Source: Mytilus edulis
Taxonomy: Eukaryota
Reading direction: 5' to 3'
DNA length: 64,000 nt
Assembly: GCF_963676685.1 (NCBI RefSeq)
Contig: NC_092345.1
Location: 38,378,001 to 38,442,000, forward strand
Shown here: piece by piece, positions 11,981 through 25,928 of the stretch
Layout: the number at the start of each line of letters is the position of its first letter
How positions within the stretch are numbered: position 1 is the first letter of the stretch
Notes under the pieces: generated by a model
What the model was told of the DNA's origin: nothing
Database searches by the model: none
What the model saw: the letters and a program-made list of their open reading frames with translations, nothing else
Program-made: the position numbers and the translations under genes

Positions 11981-14900
11981 TATAAAAAAAACCTAAGGTT
12001 TCAGCTCCCTCACACATAGTAAACTTAAATATGGATTTAGTTCATATTCTATGTCCTTATTATTCACATAGCTCACTAGCTGTTGCGATTCTTATACATC
12101 ATTGCTTTAAAGTAGATTATTAGGATTTGATTGTTCCTGAAGAATGTAAATCCAGAATTTCTCGTCTTTTAAAAAGTGGTTGTTTTCCCTTTTTGTCAAT
12201 ACAAAAAAAACTAATAAACCACCAAGTGCATGCTGATTATGGCTGAAATGTATTGATTTATCTTTTTTGCTGAGAAAAAAGGGTTGGTAGTGCTATTTCC
12301 AGTTAAATTGTAAAGCAAATGAAAAAATGTGAAGCGTAAGAAATTCTCTTATCCTTATAATGCATTGTATTATGTCCTGAATATTCCCATTTTATAATGT
12401 ACTTGAACAGTATAAGGAAACTTATCTTATATCCGAAATAGAAATTCGTGACATAAGATTCTTTAGTATGTAATGACCTTAATATTAATACATAGTCGTG
12501 TTGAGTGCGTGGTTTTCTTTTCGACGTAATAATTCTCAAATTGGGTCGGAACTAAATCGTAGTACATTGAAGCAAGCCTGATGTTGCCCGCCTTTCATAT
12601 ACACGGATTTAAAAAAAAGTACATTTACGAGAACTGAACTTTTCATTATAACTGAAGAATGCTAAGAAACTTTAGAAATTAGATACCTAATCTAGTAACA
12701 TCTGCTTTAAAGCCGTAATCATATGCCTATTTTTATTTAATCCTAGAAGTAAAATCTCGACGGCAAGAAGGATATTACACAATAGATATTTTAGCTATAT
12801 AAAACATTGTGGACTTGGTTAATTCGTAGGCAATGTATCTTTCCAATTTAAGCGAATTGACGGACAAACGTATTTATTTTACCCTCCCTGCCTCTTAAAA
12901 GAAGCTAGAGGCATATGAATTTAATTGTCGGGTACACACCATAAATAGGACATCCGCACTTTTTCGGGATGTATCAAATACGTTATGTATCTTCAGAGTG
13001 TGCAATTACACTAAGTTTGAGTCTGCATTATTTGTTAAGAACATATATGTTCATTTGGAGGGCGTTGCTGAGATTTTTTTTAACTGTTACACAATACATG
13101 GAAATGAACAGTAAAATCCGTTACAAATGTCTTTGTCATCAATATGTAACATAACATGATTTTCAAAACAAAAGGATATGTCATATTGACAGGTCGATAC
13201 TTTTTCTTCTATTGCCTAGCTATGATCGGGAGAAATCTGTTTGCGCCAACGAATGTCCTTTTTGTGCAACAAATCATTGGCGCAAATGCTACGTACGTGC
13301 CACTTATTATATACATGCATAGTATAATTAGAACCAAAAAAAAAAGTATACGATTGCACCAATTAAAAGAAAAATGTCTTCCCCCTCCTTTATCCAGTTT
13401 GGCACCGGCAGCCATTTTAAGTAATTTGATAACAAATTTTCAAAACATAAAACTATTAACAGCTGCATGACGAAATAGTTATATCAAACGCTGGATTCGT
13501 AATTCATGTTACTAGTAGTTTTTCGGCTTAGTTTTCCTGGTGCATAGGTCCGATCTTTTCAACTACAAATGATTCCTTTTCTGATATATATGCCTGCATC
13601 TAACAGCTGCTACATGGGTATAGCGCGATTTAATTTAATATGTAGTTTATGTAGTTGCTCGTTATTTCACATTTTGTAAAAATAAAATACAAATCGGGAT
13701 GGATGTGACGACTTCTTTTAGTATGAATAAGTCGACATAATGTGTATTCAAGTTCTATGTGTGTGTATACATACCTTTCGTTGTAATCAAGATATTTGAT
13801 TTCTTGATGTGATTGAAACCGTGATGACGTGTTTTTTAACAAACAATCGGCATTCCCATTGGAACCAACTGTGCTCTTTTTTCTTGTCAACTTGTTTCTT
13901 TATTCATATGAGGCTCCATCGGCAATAAAAGCTTTCCCTTGCTGAATTATTGAACTACTTATTCGTGTTTAGTTTAGTTAGTTTTCACCAGAGCATATGT
14001 CCCAGAGTTGTCATAACTATTCAGATCACTCGTTCTTTGTATGGTCCGGTGCATCGCACATATTCATTAACAAAAGGTCATTCGGTCAACTCTTGTAACA
14101 CAACCTTAAAAGTTTATTTACAAGTCACCCTGTTTCCCTTGGGACAGATTTCTAAACATCCCAAAATAAGTTTTCTTTGTTTAATTGTGCACTGTGACAT
14201 ACCTTTTTTATATTCTGCTTCGTCTTGACTATGTAAATATGGTCATTTAGATTTTTGTTTAATAGTCTAAATATATTCTATTCATTAACTCGTCATGTAT
14301 AAATGATATTAATACTAAGTACGAAATACACAATGAGTACAATGTAATAAAAAGGAGACTATTTAGGACACAAGAACTAGTATATTCTTTTATAATTAAC
14401 AATTATTGAGGAACAAAATTACACAAAAGTACCAAAAAATGCGTGGTTCAGCATTGATATAGAGTAGTGTTGTTGCGTCCCTTTATAAAAACAACACGGT
14501 GTTGAGGTAAAATCTGAAATGTTCTTACAGACGATGAAATTGATGATGATCGAACGATTTAAATAAATTCATAGAACACATTTAGAGCTAGTTGTTTTTG
14601 TATAGACAAATAGAAGAAGTATTGAAAACTTAATGACTTTGATAGACCGCTAGTCGAAATAAATCATGTTAAGATAGTCGGTAAGATAAATTCGTTACAC
14701 AGTGTACTAGTGAACGTATACTTAATACCACCAAATCATAGTACATGTACGTCACATCCGGTTGCATACGAAAATAGGTCGAAAAAATATTCCCTTAAAT
14801 TGAACTGTTGTAGGAAGGTAATCCTAGATTTAATTTCAGTAAAACATTTCTGGATCATTAACGTATATCTTGGGTATTTCAAAGCATCATTATTTTTATT

Positions 14901-15497
14901 TTATTTGGGGGTTTCTATATAATATTTTTGAAGCTTTAGGTTAGATGATTACTAAAGCTTGTATACATACAGATGAAAAAAAGAGGTGAAATTTGATTGG
15001 TTAACTTCCAGTGATGGTTGTGATATTTTTTATAGTACTGGACAGGATAAAACTTTACTCATGACATGTATTTCTTTATTTGAAACTAAGATAAATTCTG
15101 CACAATTTTTTAAAAAGTACAAATTTAACAAAGACTAATAGGGGAAAATCAATGGTGGTATAACACCTATTCGATATATTTGGTGCCTCGCCCTCACCCC
15201 ATATGGATTTTACTGTCCCCATATAGACTATATCGTATTAGGTCTCCAGCACACTATGTAATAAATAGTGTCAGTCGATCTGCAAATATCTGTTTGTAAA
15301 TAAACTCTACATATTTTCAAAGTAAAAACAATTTAGATAATTATTAATAGCAAACACTACATTGGAGGTCATTCGGGGTCTGCACTCTTACGATCACATA
15401 AAGAGTATTCTGTCTACTGTCAATAATCGCTATATTCCAAGATAACATAATTTTTATCCAACAATTTAAGATATAAAAAGTGCAAATATTGTGTGTT

Positions 15498-18066
15498 TTA
15501 TTGTACAAGTTTAATCATATGTTCATGAGCGCAGTGCTTATTGTAGACGTAGTGGGAAACATGGGCATGATCGCCTCCAGTCATTGCCGTGTGAGTAGCA
15601 GATGTCATAAAATGGAACATCTGAGTCTGAAAAAACAAAACAAAATTAACATCGATGAAAAAGTATTATATTTGTTTAAGTGTTTCTCATAAATAAATTC
15701 ACTTTAGGAGTAAAAATACAAAAACGTTACTGGCGGTTTGAATATGACCACTAGGTGAATAGTTTCAGCATTTGCAGCAATGTAATTTTGCAAAAATACT
15801 TAAAGAATACATAAAAGCTGATACAGGCAGAAAGAAAGTACACGAGTTAACATATTAGAGATATAAAACTGTAGATAAGTGCCTGTCTTTGTAAAAATCA
15901 GGCCATTTTGAAAACAACAAAATACTGTAATACATCTGAAAAACCCTACCGACACAACCATCCTATAACAACAACACGGTGTTGAGCTAAACCTAAAAGG
16001 TTTTAACAGACGAAGAAGCTGTTGATAAACGAATGAAATAAATTCATAACATACATTTAAAGCTAACAAGTTGTTATTGTTGTCATTTGTTTTTGTATAG
16101 ACCAATGGAAGTAGGTTCTTAATACAAACGGTATTGAAGCCTTGATCACTTTGATAAGCCACTAGTCTAAATACCACATGTTAAGATAATCGGTAAATTT
16201 GTTACATAGTGTGCCAGTGACTAAATACGCTTCTCTCTCACCCCATATGGAATTGACTGACCCGAGCTTCACTCTCAACCTATATAGAATTTACTGACCC
16301 CATATATATATCATATATTAAGTCACTAGGCTAAGCACAATATGCAACTAATAGTATTTGCTACTTGATGAAAAACCATCATCATCGTCTTCATCGTCAT
16401 CTATTTAACAGATAAAACATCATTTAGTTTTTTATCAGCCGTCAAATTTAGAAGAATAAAAAAAAAGATGAATTATATATACCTCTATTCTCCTCATGCC
16501 ATCGGGATTGTGTACCATGTGTTGCTCAGCAAAAGTCAAAGCCATGAAGTAGCAGTAACCCTTTGTTTTAAGTATCAAATAGTTCTGTAAATATAAATTA
16601 TAATCATGAAGTAGTAACGGGGTAAAAAGTATGTACTGCTTCTTTTTTTGGACTTTAAGTATATTAAAGCTAAGAAGAATTTCCACAAAGCACATTTTAA
16701 TGAGTTTGTTTGATTTAAAACTACCTAGCTGGATATATGCATACTTGAGACTACGTCACGAGACACTGGAACTATCGTTGCAACATTCTAAATAGAAAAC
16801 ATATTATTTCATTCATAAATATTATAAGTAAGGATATCATTTATACGAAAATCAAGACTGTTGTAATGGTCGACATTGATTGATTGTTGAACGCTTCAAA
16901 ACGAGAACATAATAACAATAAAATGAGAATATGGTGTTAATGAGGAAGATGAGGATATATTGGATAAGAACTAATTCCTAGTTTGCAACAGGCCACCTAC
17001 GATCCTCGGAAAGAGTGTTTGTATGGTTATTAACGTACAGAGAGCGTAACACAGTCTATACACGACATTCTGACCGGACATGGCTGCGTTCTTTACATCC
17101 CGCACAGCAAAACGTACACCCATCTTTGGTCAGGGTTTTACTGAAAGACGGAAGAGCCCAAAAGTGACAGTTTTTCTATACCCTTGTCACCCTTGGGGAT
17201 CTGGCGTAATGTACAAATATGCATAACACGTTTAATTCATACTAGATGAGGAAAAAGACTATTCTCGTATTCCGATTATAACATTTTTTTCGAGTACTAG
17301 TATTCGAATTATACACAATGACTGATATCTTACCGAAGTGTCATCGAAGTAAAAGGCTAGACTGTCTTTTTCATATGGTTCACGTGTTGAATGGTGTGTA
17401 TGGGTCATCATAGTGGTCATTGCATCTGTTACTGACTGTAAAGACAATTTCAATGTTAGTACTAATACTTGCATGGCTTCTTTAACTAAAACATCAACGA
17501 CAACAAAACATGCATTTTCCCGTTTAAATGGTTTAACATTAGTAATTTTGGGGGCCCTTTATAGCTTGCTGTTCGGTGTGAGCCAAGGCTCCGTGTTGAA
17601 GGCCGTACCTTGACCTATAATGGCTTACTTTTATAAATTGTTATTTGGATGGAGAGTTGTCTCATTGGCACTCATACCACATCTTCCTATATCTATTATA
17701 GCCAGTATTTAGGCGCCTCCTACTACTACTAGTACTCACAATAATTGTTTACTTGAACTCACTTTGTTTGTTCTTTTATCTGCTTTGAGAATATCATGTG
17801 ATTGAAGTTAATATTATTGTAAAGTTTTGGTAATTCTTCGTAATTCAAGGAACAGTTGTCGCCCGTACATTTATTCCTCCTTTTCCAAAATTGAATCGTA
17901 TGACGTTGGTTTAAAATATTGACATAGATTTTTAAGATTTCTTGATTAATTAAATGAAATGTAGCACATCATATTAAATACTTCTTTAATATTGGTTATT
18001 ATTAAAACATGTAATACTTACAAAAACTGCAAAAACAAAAGCGATTACACAAGCCAAGAACTTCAT
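15498..18066 (-). CDS. Secreted His-rich BRICHOS-like small protein, paralog B (125 aa, 4 coding exons)
   Basis: Exons 18066-18022 (MKFLACVIAFVFAVF), 17435-17334 (SVTDAMTTMMTHTHHSTREPYEKDSLAFYFDDTS), 16584-16483 (NYLILKTKGYCYFMALTFAEQHMVHNPDGMRRIE), 15626-15498 (TQMFHFMTSATHTAMTGGDHAHVSHYVYNKHCAHEHMIKLVQ*). All introns GT-AG, phase 0. Confidence 0.85.
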
Positions 18067-18362
18067 GTTGAAAACTATAAAACTAGACCGATGTCAAGGA
18101 ATAGATAACGTTATATATGAGTGAAAACGTGAAGTCATGAGAACTCTTCACTCTACGTAAGACCTATCTTCCTATCTTAGATAAGCCAGTATACTGACTT
18201 TCCTTGGGTCAAGTCTTATTACATTATCATTATATGTTATGTATTATTTTATATTGATGCAAGTTTCATATGGGACAAAATATTATTTGAGGGGGGGAGT
18301 TGAAATATTTAAACAAATAAAGTTAATTCCAATTAGAAAAAAAAACCGATTGTTATAGTTAA

Positions 18363-18728
18363 TAATTACATTAGATGTATGTTTCATTATAATACTTTAT
18401 TCTGATTGGATAACTGCACATCACGTGTTATTCCGTAAGCAGTTGCATTGCTCAATACAACTTTTCATTCATGATATCACATGGTCCAACAATAAAGTGC
18501 ACAGGTGAATTAAATAAAAAAATATAGAAAATTCGTGTTTTCATGATCATAGCTAAAAAATGTAATTATAAGTATTGAATGCTTCTTTTTGTAACTTTAT
18601 AGGGTTGTAAAAGCGTTGACCGTGCGCACATTTTAAAAATGAAGCGCTTCCGCGCTTCATACAAAATGTACTTCGGTCAACGCTTTTACACCCCAATAAA
18701 TTTACAAAAAGAAGCATTCAATTCTTAA
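18363..18728. mobile_element. Third, diverged copy of the double-hairpin element seen at 5457-5831
   Basis: Colinear with 5457-5831, with scattered substitutions. Confidence 0.75.
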
Positions 18729-20376
18729 ATAAAAACAAAATAGCGTGTCTAGCTTTACAAGGAACATTTACATATTTAAGACATACATTGCATGTCAGCC
18801 TCAACTTTCACATTTTGAATAGAGCAGAGTGTAATTATGCTATAACCCCCTCAGTACTGCATAGAATTTTCCCTAACATATCGTAAAATGTACAAATGCA
18901 ATATTTTTTATGATTTTAATTTTAATATATTTTTTTTTAATGATCAACTGGAGATGCTTAAAATATGGTTTAGTGGGAAATATTATATTAAATTTATTTT
19001 ATAATAGATGTTATAGTTTAGTTTCTATCGTGTGGGAAATTATTTTCTAGTTCTTAATTACAACACAGAAAAACCGAAAAATAATTGTCATTGAATAAAT
19101 TGCAGTGCTTTCGAAAAAGTCATTCAATTTAAAATGAAAAAAATTGTTACATGTAAAACATCTTTGTTGTTTTTGTGTGTTCATTGGATATCTTTTCAAA
19201 AGTTTGTCAATATGTTCGTCTGACGAATATGATCGCTTACTCAAATGTTTTGTTCCACGACCTAGATATCTTGCATACTAAGATGTGTATATGCCATATG
19301 TGGGTATCGTCATATATATATATATATATATATAATGATGATTGTTCAGTTAGTAATATCTAAATTCTGTTTACGTTCTTAACATCAAAGTGTTTGCATT
19401 GCATGTAAAACTTATAAAAAACTAAAGATTTAGTCAAAACGTCAAAGCTTCAAAATCCTACAAGACTGTCCAATCAAGCTCACAATAATCACAGTACAAC
19501 TAAGTTTTATTTTTTTTAAAAGCAAGCTATCATAGTTACAAGACTCAGATTTCCACTCGCCAATTTCATATCGAGTACGGAGTCTTTTTACATCTCATAT
19601 AAATAAGGCTACAATGCAAAGAGAAATTGTGTCGTAGACATTACATAGGACAATCATAGATGTTATAACGAGGGATACATCTATGGGTCAAATAACAGTA
19701 AATGTACTGTCACAGATTTTGCTAACATTTTGCATACAACTCTGTATCGTTAAACTATAACTAGAAATCCACAAAATAACGCATTTATCTCTTTAATCAT
19801 CTAAAATATCACTGATCGAATTCTTTCAAAATATACAGAATAACATACAAGAAACTATTTCGTTTAGAACTACGCATTCTCAATTCGTGTTTAATGCTAC
19901 GTCATCGGCACTCATTGTTGTGTGACTTCAGAAGTGTAAAATTGTCTGACTTGTTTCACATGGGAAATCACTGTATGTAAAAATAAATTATATTGACATT
20001 TCTAAACAGGAATTTTGTATAAATATTCACCTTACAGTATAAAAAAATCATCAATTTATTTATTTCCATGTATCTTTTAAAAAGAAATAATTGACTGGTT
20101 TTTCGATACACCCAATGATTCACATTAAAAGTTAATTCTAGTATTTGTTTTGTATTCCTTGGGAAATGACGGAAATAACAATATCAAAATATGGAATCTT
20201 AATATTCGCTATCTACAGAATTGTTCCCAACAATGTGAATACATGTGGTTTCTAAAAGTATGAATTCGGAGTTGACATACACGAATTGTGTTATCTTATA
20301 GATTTCAGCTTTATAATGTATTGAACACATGTTTGGATTCTCTTGTCACATTTTCATTAGACGACGTCCTTTCAAC

Positions 20377-23300
20377 ATGACAAGAAATTTGTTGAGTGCA
20401 TTTTTGCTTGCATTTGTTCTGTTTGAGGTAAAACCATTTTAAATTTTTATACGATAAGTTAAGATGAAACATTTATTCGTGTTGATAATGCCTTTTTCTA
20501 TTAAATTATTTCCAGCATTTATCTTATGTCAATAATTGTAAGCATTCCTCTTTAAGCGTAAGAAGCTATCAATCTACAAAATGAACGATAAATATGAAAG
20601 TTTTGATAAAACTAAGTTAGTCGAATAAATGTAACAAGGTGGCGAGCTTTGCATTTTAGTTTGCATTTGAATTTGTCTGCGATTGAGAAACTTAAGGCAG
20701 ATAAGATTGTAACTGAAACACATACACTGAATAAAGAACATATATTGTCCAGATACCAACAGGATGACCACTATCGTGAACAAGGAAATAAAAAAGGTAC
20801 TAATTTGGAAAGCAAGGTCAAATTCTGATCGCTTCAACTTATGTATATCAGGTAGTAGCCACAGTTGGTTGGTTCAATAATGCGGCTTAAGATTATACAA
20901 ATAAATCAGAAACTGCACTCCTTACAGGTTTTATAACGTCTTCTAGTAAGTTCAGCTGCAATTGACAATATTTTATGAGACCTCAACAAGATATTAAATT
21001 TGTTCAGACCATCGGGGGTAGGGACAATATCACTCCTGAAGCGGTGGTATAAGTGTTGGATTTCCTGATCTTAAGGCCTCGAGAAACGATGAAGACACAT
21101 TACATGTTGAAAAAAACTCTCGTCCCAAATGTGTTGTTTTTACTGCTGCAGTTAAAGTCATAAACAACATCATAAATCACATTGCATAAACTGCTTGATA
21201 CATGAATTAGTTATAGACAATTCACTTTGAAACTGACACAACAATTACTAAAGAAGAAATCCTGCATAATCATAAATCCGTTCTATGTTTCTTTGGAATT
21301 TCAACCAAAGATGAATAACTGGATCTTCCAACATTATACAAGATACCTAGTTTTCTCGTTTGAATTGTTTTACATTGTCATTTCAGAGCCTTTTATAGCG
21401 GACTATGCGATATAGGCTTTGCCCATTGGTGAAGGCCGTACGGTGACCTATAGTTGTTACTTTTTGTGTCATTTGATCTCTTGTGGAGTGTTGTCTCATT
21501 GGCAATCATACCACATCTTCTTATATATAAACTACATAAGTGTCCATATACCACAAAACGGTATATATAGCTAGGTCTTCCAAGTGCTCCACGAAACCTC
21601 TTCCTAAATTATTAACATCACTTTTATCAGCAATCAAAGCCGGGCTTCAAAGTTATTGTGAAATTACCCACTAGTATTCTAGAGGTGGCGTGAATCAGAT
21701 GTGGATACTTGTGGCGTTTGTTATCACTAAACTAGTATATACATTTGTTTAGGGCCAGCTGAAGGACGCCTCCGGGAGCGGGAATTTCTCGCTGCATTGA
21801 AGACCTGTTGGTGACCTTCTGCTGTTGTCTGTTCTATAGTTGGGTTGTTGTCTCTTTGAAACATTTCCCATTTCCATTCTCAATTTTATTAAAAATTCCA
21901 AAGATCTTTTAGACTACATACAATTTAAGACTGTTTCATCTTGTAATAATATTGAAACATTTGACGTTTTTACACTTTAAACAAATATTCCTCATTCCAA
22001 ACTTAAAGAAAAATTGAAAGAGTTGGTCAAGCTTTCAAAAAAAAAAAGAATGTTCAACATACATTTGTAGATACAGATGTACAAATATCTTGTCTTCTCG
22101 TTTGAATTGTTTTACATTGTCTTATCGGGGCCTTTTATAGCTGACTATGCGGTATGAGCTTTGCTCATTGTTGAAGGTTGTACGGTTACCTATAGTTGTT
22201 AATGTCTGTGTCATTTTGGTCTCTTGTGGACAGTTGTCTCATTGGCAATCATACCACATCTTCTTTTTTATATTAGGGAGAGATAAATCCTACTTTGTAA
22301 AATTTTAATAATAAATCTGATACTAACAAAACATTTCTCTGAAACTGACATTACAAGATGATTTTCAGCAAACAATTGACATTCCCATGGGAATAATTGT
22401 GCGCCCTTGACTTGTTCCTTTATTCATATTAGGCTGATTTCATACAGGAACTTTACTTTCCGCTATATAGATGAAGTTCTCTCATCAAATAATTCAATAT
22501 TTGGTGACTATGTTGAACGCATCTATCCATTCGAACTTGTGATAAACGATACAATAGAAACAGATAAGTCTGCATCATATCTTAATTGACTTACATCTAG
22601 AAATTGACAATGAAAACTTTACGATAAACAAGATGATTTCAGCTTCCCAATTGTGAACTTTATATGTGGCAACTTTCCAGCGTATATCTCCCAGTTCATA
22701 CAATATTCCAAAGCTTGTATTTTCTATCATAATTTAAAGTTGCTGCTCACAAGGAAGATATTAAACCAAAAATTCCAAGCGGTGAAAATGAAATCATCCC
22801 TTCGTAAGCTTTACGGACGCTATCACGTTATGGAATATAATTTTTACAGATGATAACTGACATATTCCTTATGTCGTCCCTTGTTCCAAATGTGACTTAC
22901 CGAATAAAACTTATTACTGGGTTTGTATTAAAAGGTACCACATTTGGGACCGTTTCTGCTTACCCTTCCAGAGCACATGAGATCATCCCCAGTGGCGTTC
23001 GTGTTGCTCATCACTCAGACTTAGTTTAAACATATTTAATTATAGTGGATTGGGAAACAAGTTTTGCAACTTATATTAATCCCTTTCCACTTTGCGGGTG
23101 CGAGTGCTGCCTTGTAGCGGCATTAGCCTGCTCTTTTTCGAAATCTACAAGGGTGTCTCTTAACACGGGTCAGCCATTTATCGTCCTTCCGACGAACTAT
23201 CGTCGTTTCCTCAAGACCATACTCGCAAATGATGTCAAGGGAGCGCCGAAAATTCAGTCCCTGAAATTTTCATCCCAGACGGGAATCGAACCAGGAACCT

Positions 23301-25928
23301 TTGTGTTAGTAGTCCGATGCACTAACCACTACACCACGGCGGATCCTATTTTTTTGTGTTGTGTTTAGTGTGTTGTTATTTGTCTGTTCTTTTTCCTTTT
23401 TAGCCATGGCGTTGTCAGTTTGTTTTTAATTATGGGTTTGAGTTTTCCTGTGGTATCTTTAATCTCTTTTGTCTAAATGTGAATTATGTACAATGCAATT
23501 GTTTCTTTAAAATTCTTAATTTAACTATGTTAAAGCATTGAGGTAAAACCCAGCAAATTGCCTCCATAGGTGAAAATTAATTCAAAAACATACCAATCAA
23601 GGTAAATTAAGCATTTCAGGAAAATGTGTAAAATTTAAGAGTTTTGATATGCAAGCCTATGTTGATAAATAAAAAAGAAATGACAAAACAAAAACTACTG
23701 CTACATCGGTGTATTGTTATATTAAAGTGCATTAGTGATCAGTGGATCTTAAAAAGCGAAGTTCGAACAATAAATTTGTTGCAGGATTTTCTTATTTGTA
23801 CTCATTGGATAACAAAAATACATCTAGTTTACAATGAATTTATATTTTTTTTCGATTGGTTATTGTAGGCCAGCTATGGAATGACAACAAAAAAGCCACA
23901 TCAAAATGAAATGGACAACTATAGATTTTATTATGATAGTATGAGTGTAAGTATTTTATGATAATTTAATTTGCTATTTGACAAAAAATAGATGTTTTAT
24001 CTTTTATCTTGCATGACGAATGTCTTTTTGAATGCAAAACAAAATTCAATTAAATCTTACAATTTCTGGGTTTTTGGCGCTAATCTTATATCAGTACTCG
24101 AATCGACCTAATTCCATTGCCCTTCTTTTACAGGAGTCACAGGTGTCAAATCGAAGACTAAATCACTAAACGCTTTATTAAGCGAAAGAAGTATTACTTT
24201 TGTTCTGAAAGTCAAAACTATTTATTATAGCTTAACAATGATCATAAAATAATGTTAAAATGTCATGATCATTAATAAATCAAATATATCGTCTTGAATT
24301 CATTAAGTTTACTGTATACATTACTTAAGAATATAAGGATGATTTTGTCAAAATGATAATGAAAATAATTTAAATCAATTTAAGCATATGCTTGGCATGG
24401 TAAATGTCTACCATCATGGAGTCACCTGCTACATAATGAACCTATCACAAGACGAACAGCAACAAGTACATACAGTAGATGGAAAGACCAGACTTGAGGT
24501 TTGTATGACTGATTTGTACTGAAATTAATATAAATAAGATTAAATTTGTAGTCGATTTCAGTGATACAACAATTTAAAATTACTCACAAACCGTGAAAAG
24601 TTGTGGAGACTAGCAAATATCTGCCATCAGCAGACACTTTCAAAGTTCCATCATCTAGAAAGTAATCCCTTATGTATAGATATTATCATAAATATGAATA
24701 AAGGACAACAGTCTGGGGTATATATCAGTAACCTTCATACAACAACAAACCCCTAAAAGCAAAAAACATCTAAAGGTCAATTTGAGGTTAGCATAATGTT
24801 CTAATTTTGTTACTTTATAAACTTTCTTTTGATCTTCATGATTTTCATTTTCATAAAGAAAAAAGGAATTTCGGTGTTATTTTCAACGAGACCACCATCC
24901 ACCAGAGTTCAAACGAAGTGGCTGCTAGCAATTATAGGCAACCATTCGGCCTTTAACAATGAGAAAATCCCATATCGTATTGTCGACTATAAGAGGGCCC
25001 GACATGTCAAAATTAATGTGAAACAATTCAAACGAGAAAACTTACTGCCTAATTTATAACACCAATTTACGAAAAACAAACATAACAAACATAAACTAAC
25101 GGCAACCACTGAATATTGGCTTTCATTAATGAGACATATATTCAGCATGTCAATGTTATCTGGTTTTGGTGTGCCTTGCTGAAGAGAATTCCGGAACAGC
25201 TTTTCGAACTAAAATGCTGACACAAATGTCATTTCAACTCACTTATACACACCATACTACCGGCTATTACATGTATTACTGCAGATTTGTGTTAAACCAG
25301 CTATTTTTTTTATCATGTACCAAAGGTTTGTCATCCCGATTGCAAATGATTACCTATTTTTTGCATATATATTGCATCTGCAGTGCCTATATATAACCGA
25401 TAATATGGCTTGTAAAACAAACAATTGATGATAATGGTACAATAAAAGTTACGTAGACTAAGATAATATGGCTTGTAAAAAAAACCAATTGATGATAATA
25501 GTACAATAAAAGTTACGTAGACTAAGTTACTGTGTCAAGTATCGTTGTGACCTACTGTGTTCAAGTGCTTTTTTGAAATAAATTTTCTTTTAATTTTTGG
25601 AGATGTCTTTAACCAGGATCAGCAAATATTGAACAGAATCAAGCAGTTATCATTCGAGTTCACGAGAACCGATCATAATATATGTAAAGTTGGAACATCT
25701 TTAATACCAGTGATATGATTTATCAGTTCATATGAAATAGCGCATGTTCTTTATATAACAAAAACAATTCTATTAGTTATCTATATTTCTTTTTCGTTAC
25801 AGCTAAAGATGCTAACCCATTTAAGTTCAGCCACTACACCAATGACATTGGACGCGCTTACACAATCAAGTCAAAGACTTGGTCATGCTTGTACAAAAGC
25901 CACAAACATATATTCCATGACAATTTAA
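20377..25928 (+). CDS. Secreted BRICHOS-like small protein, paralog C (122 aa, 4 coding exons)
   Basis: Exons 20377-20427 (MTRNLLSAFLLAFVLFE), 23869-23946 (ASYGMTTKKPHQNEMDNYRFYYDSMS), 24385-24498 (HMLGMVNVYHHGVTCYIMNLSQDEQQQVHTVDGKTRLE), 25803-25928 (LKMLTHLSSATTPMTLDALTQSSQRLGHACTKATNIYSMTI*). All introns GT-AG, phase 0. Confidence 0.85.
21541..23470 (+). mobile_element. Degenerate Penelope-like (Naiad-type) RT relic with nested short repeats
   Basis: Frameshifted FTFRYIDEVLS, IYPFELVINDT...SASYL and AYISQFIQYSKAC align to the 42960 ORF. Interrupted at about 21712-21890, 22093-22272 and by the SINE. Confidence 0.75.
23015..23340 (-). mobile_element. tRNA-derived SINE with a Meta-domain-like core
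   Basis: The minus strand starts GCCGTGGTGTAGTGGTTAG (A box) ... GGTTCGATTCCC (B box), then a core with CGGAAGGACGATAAA...TTCGAAAAAGAGCAGG that resembles the MetaSINE domain as I recall it. Confidence 0.8.
25399..25525 (+). repeat. Tandem duplication of a roughly 63-bp unit in intron 3 of paralog C
   Basis: GATAATATGGCTTGTAAAA...GTACAATAAAAGTTACGTAGACTAA occurs twice head to tail. Confidence 0.9.

Noticed and set aside
13630-14235. Exon-like minus-strand segments with donor sites
   Set aside because: Stop codons interrupt the candidate frames and I could not build a coherent gene model.
23265-23340. Bona fide tRNA gene
   Set aside because: A and B boxes are present, but there is no convincing acceptor stem and the sequence continues into a SINE body.
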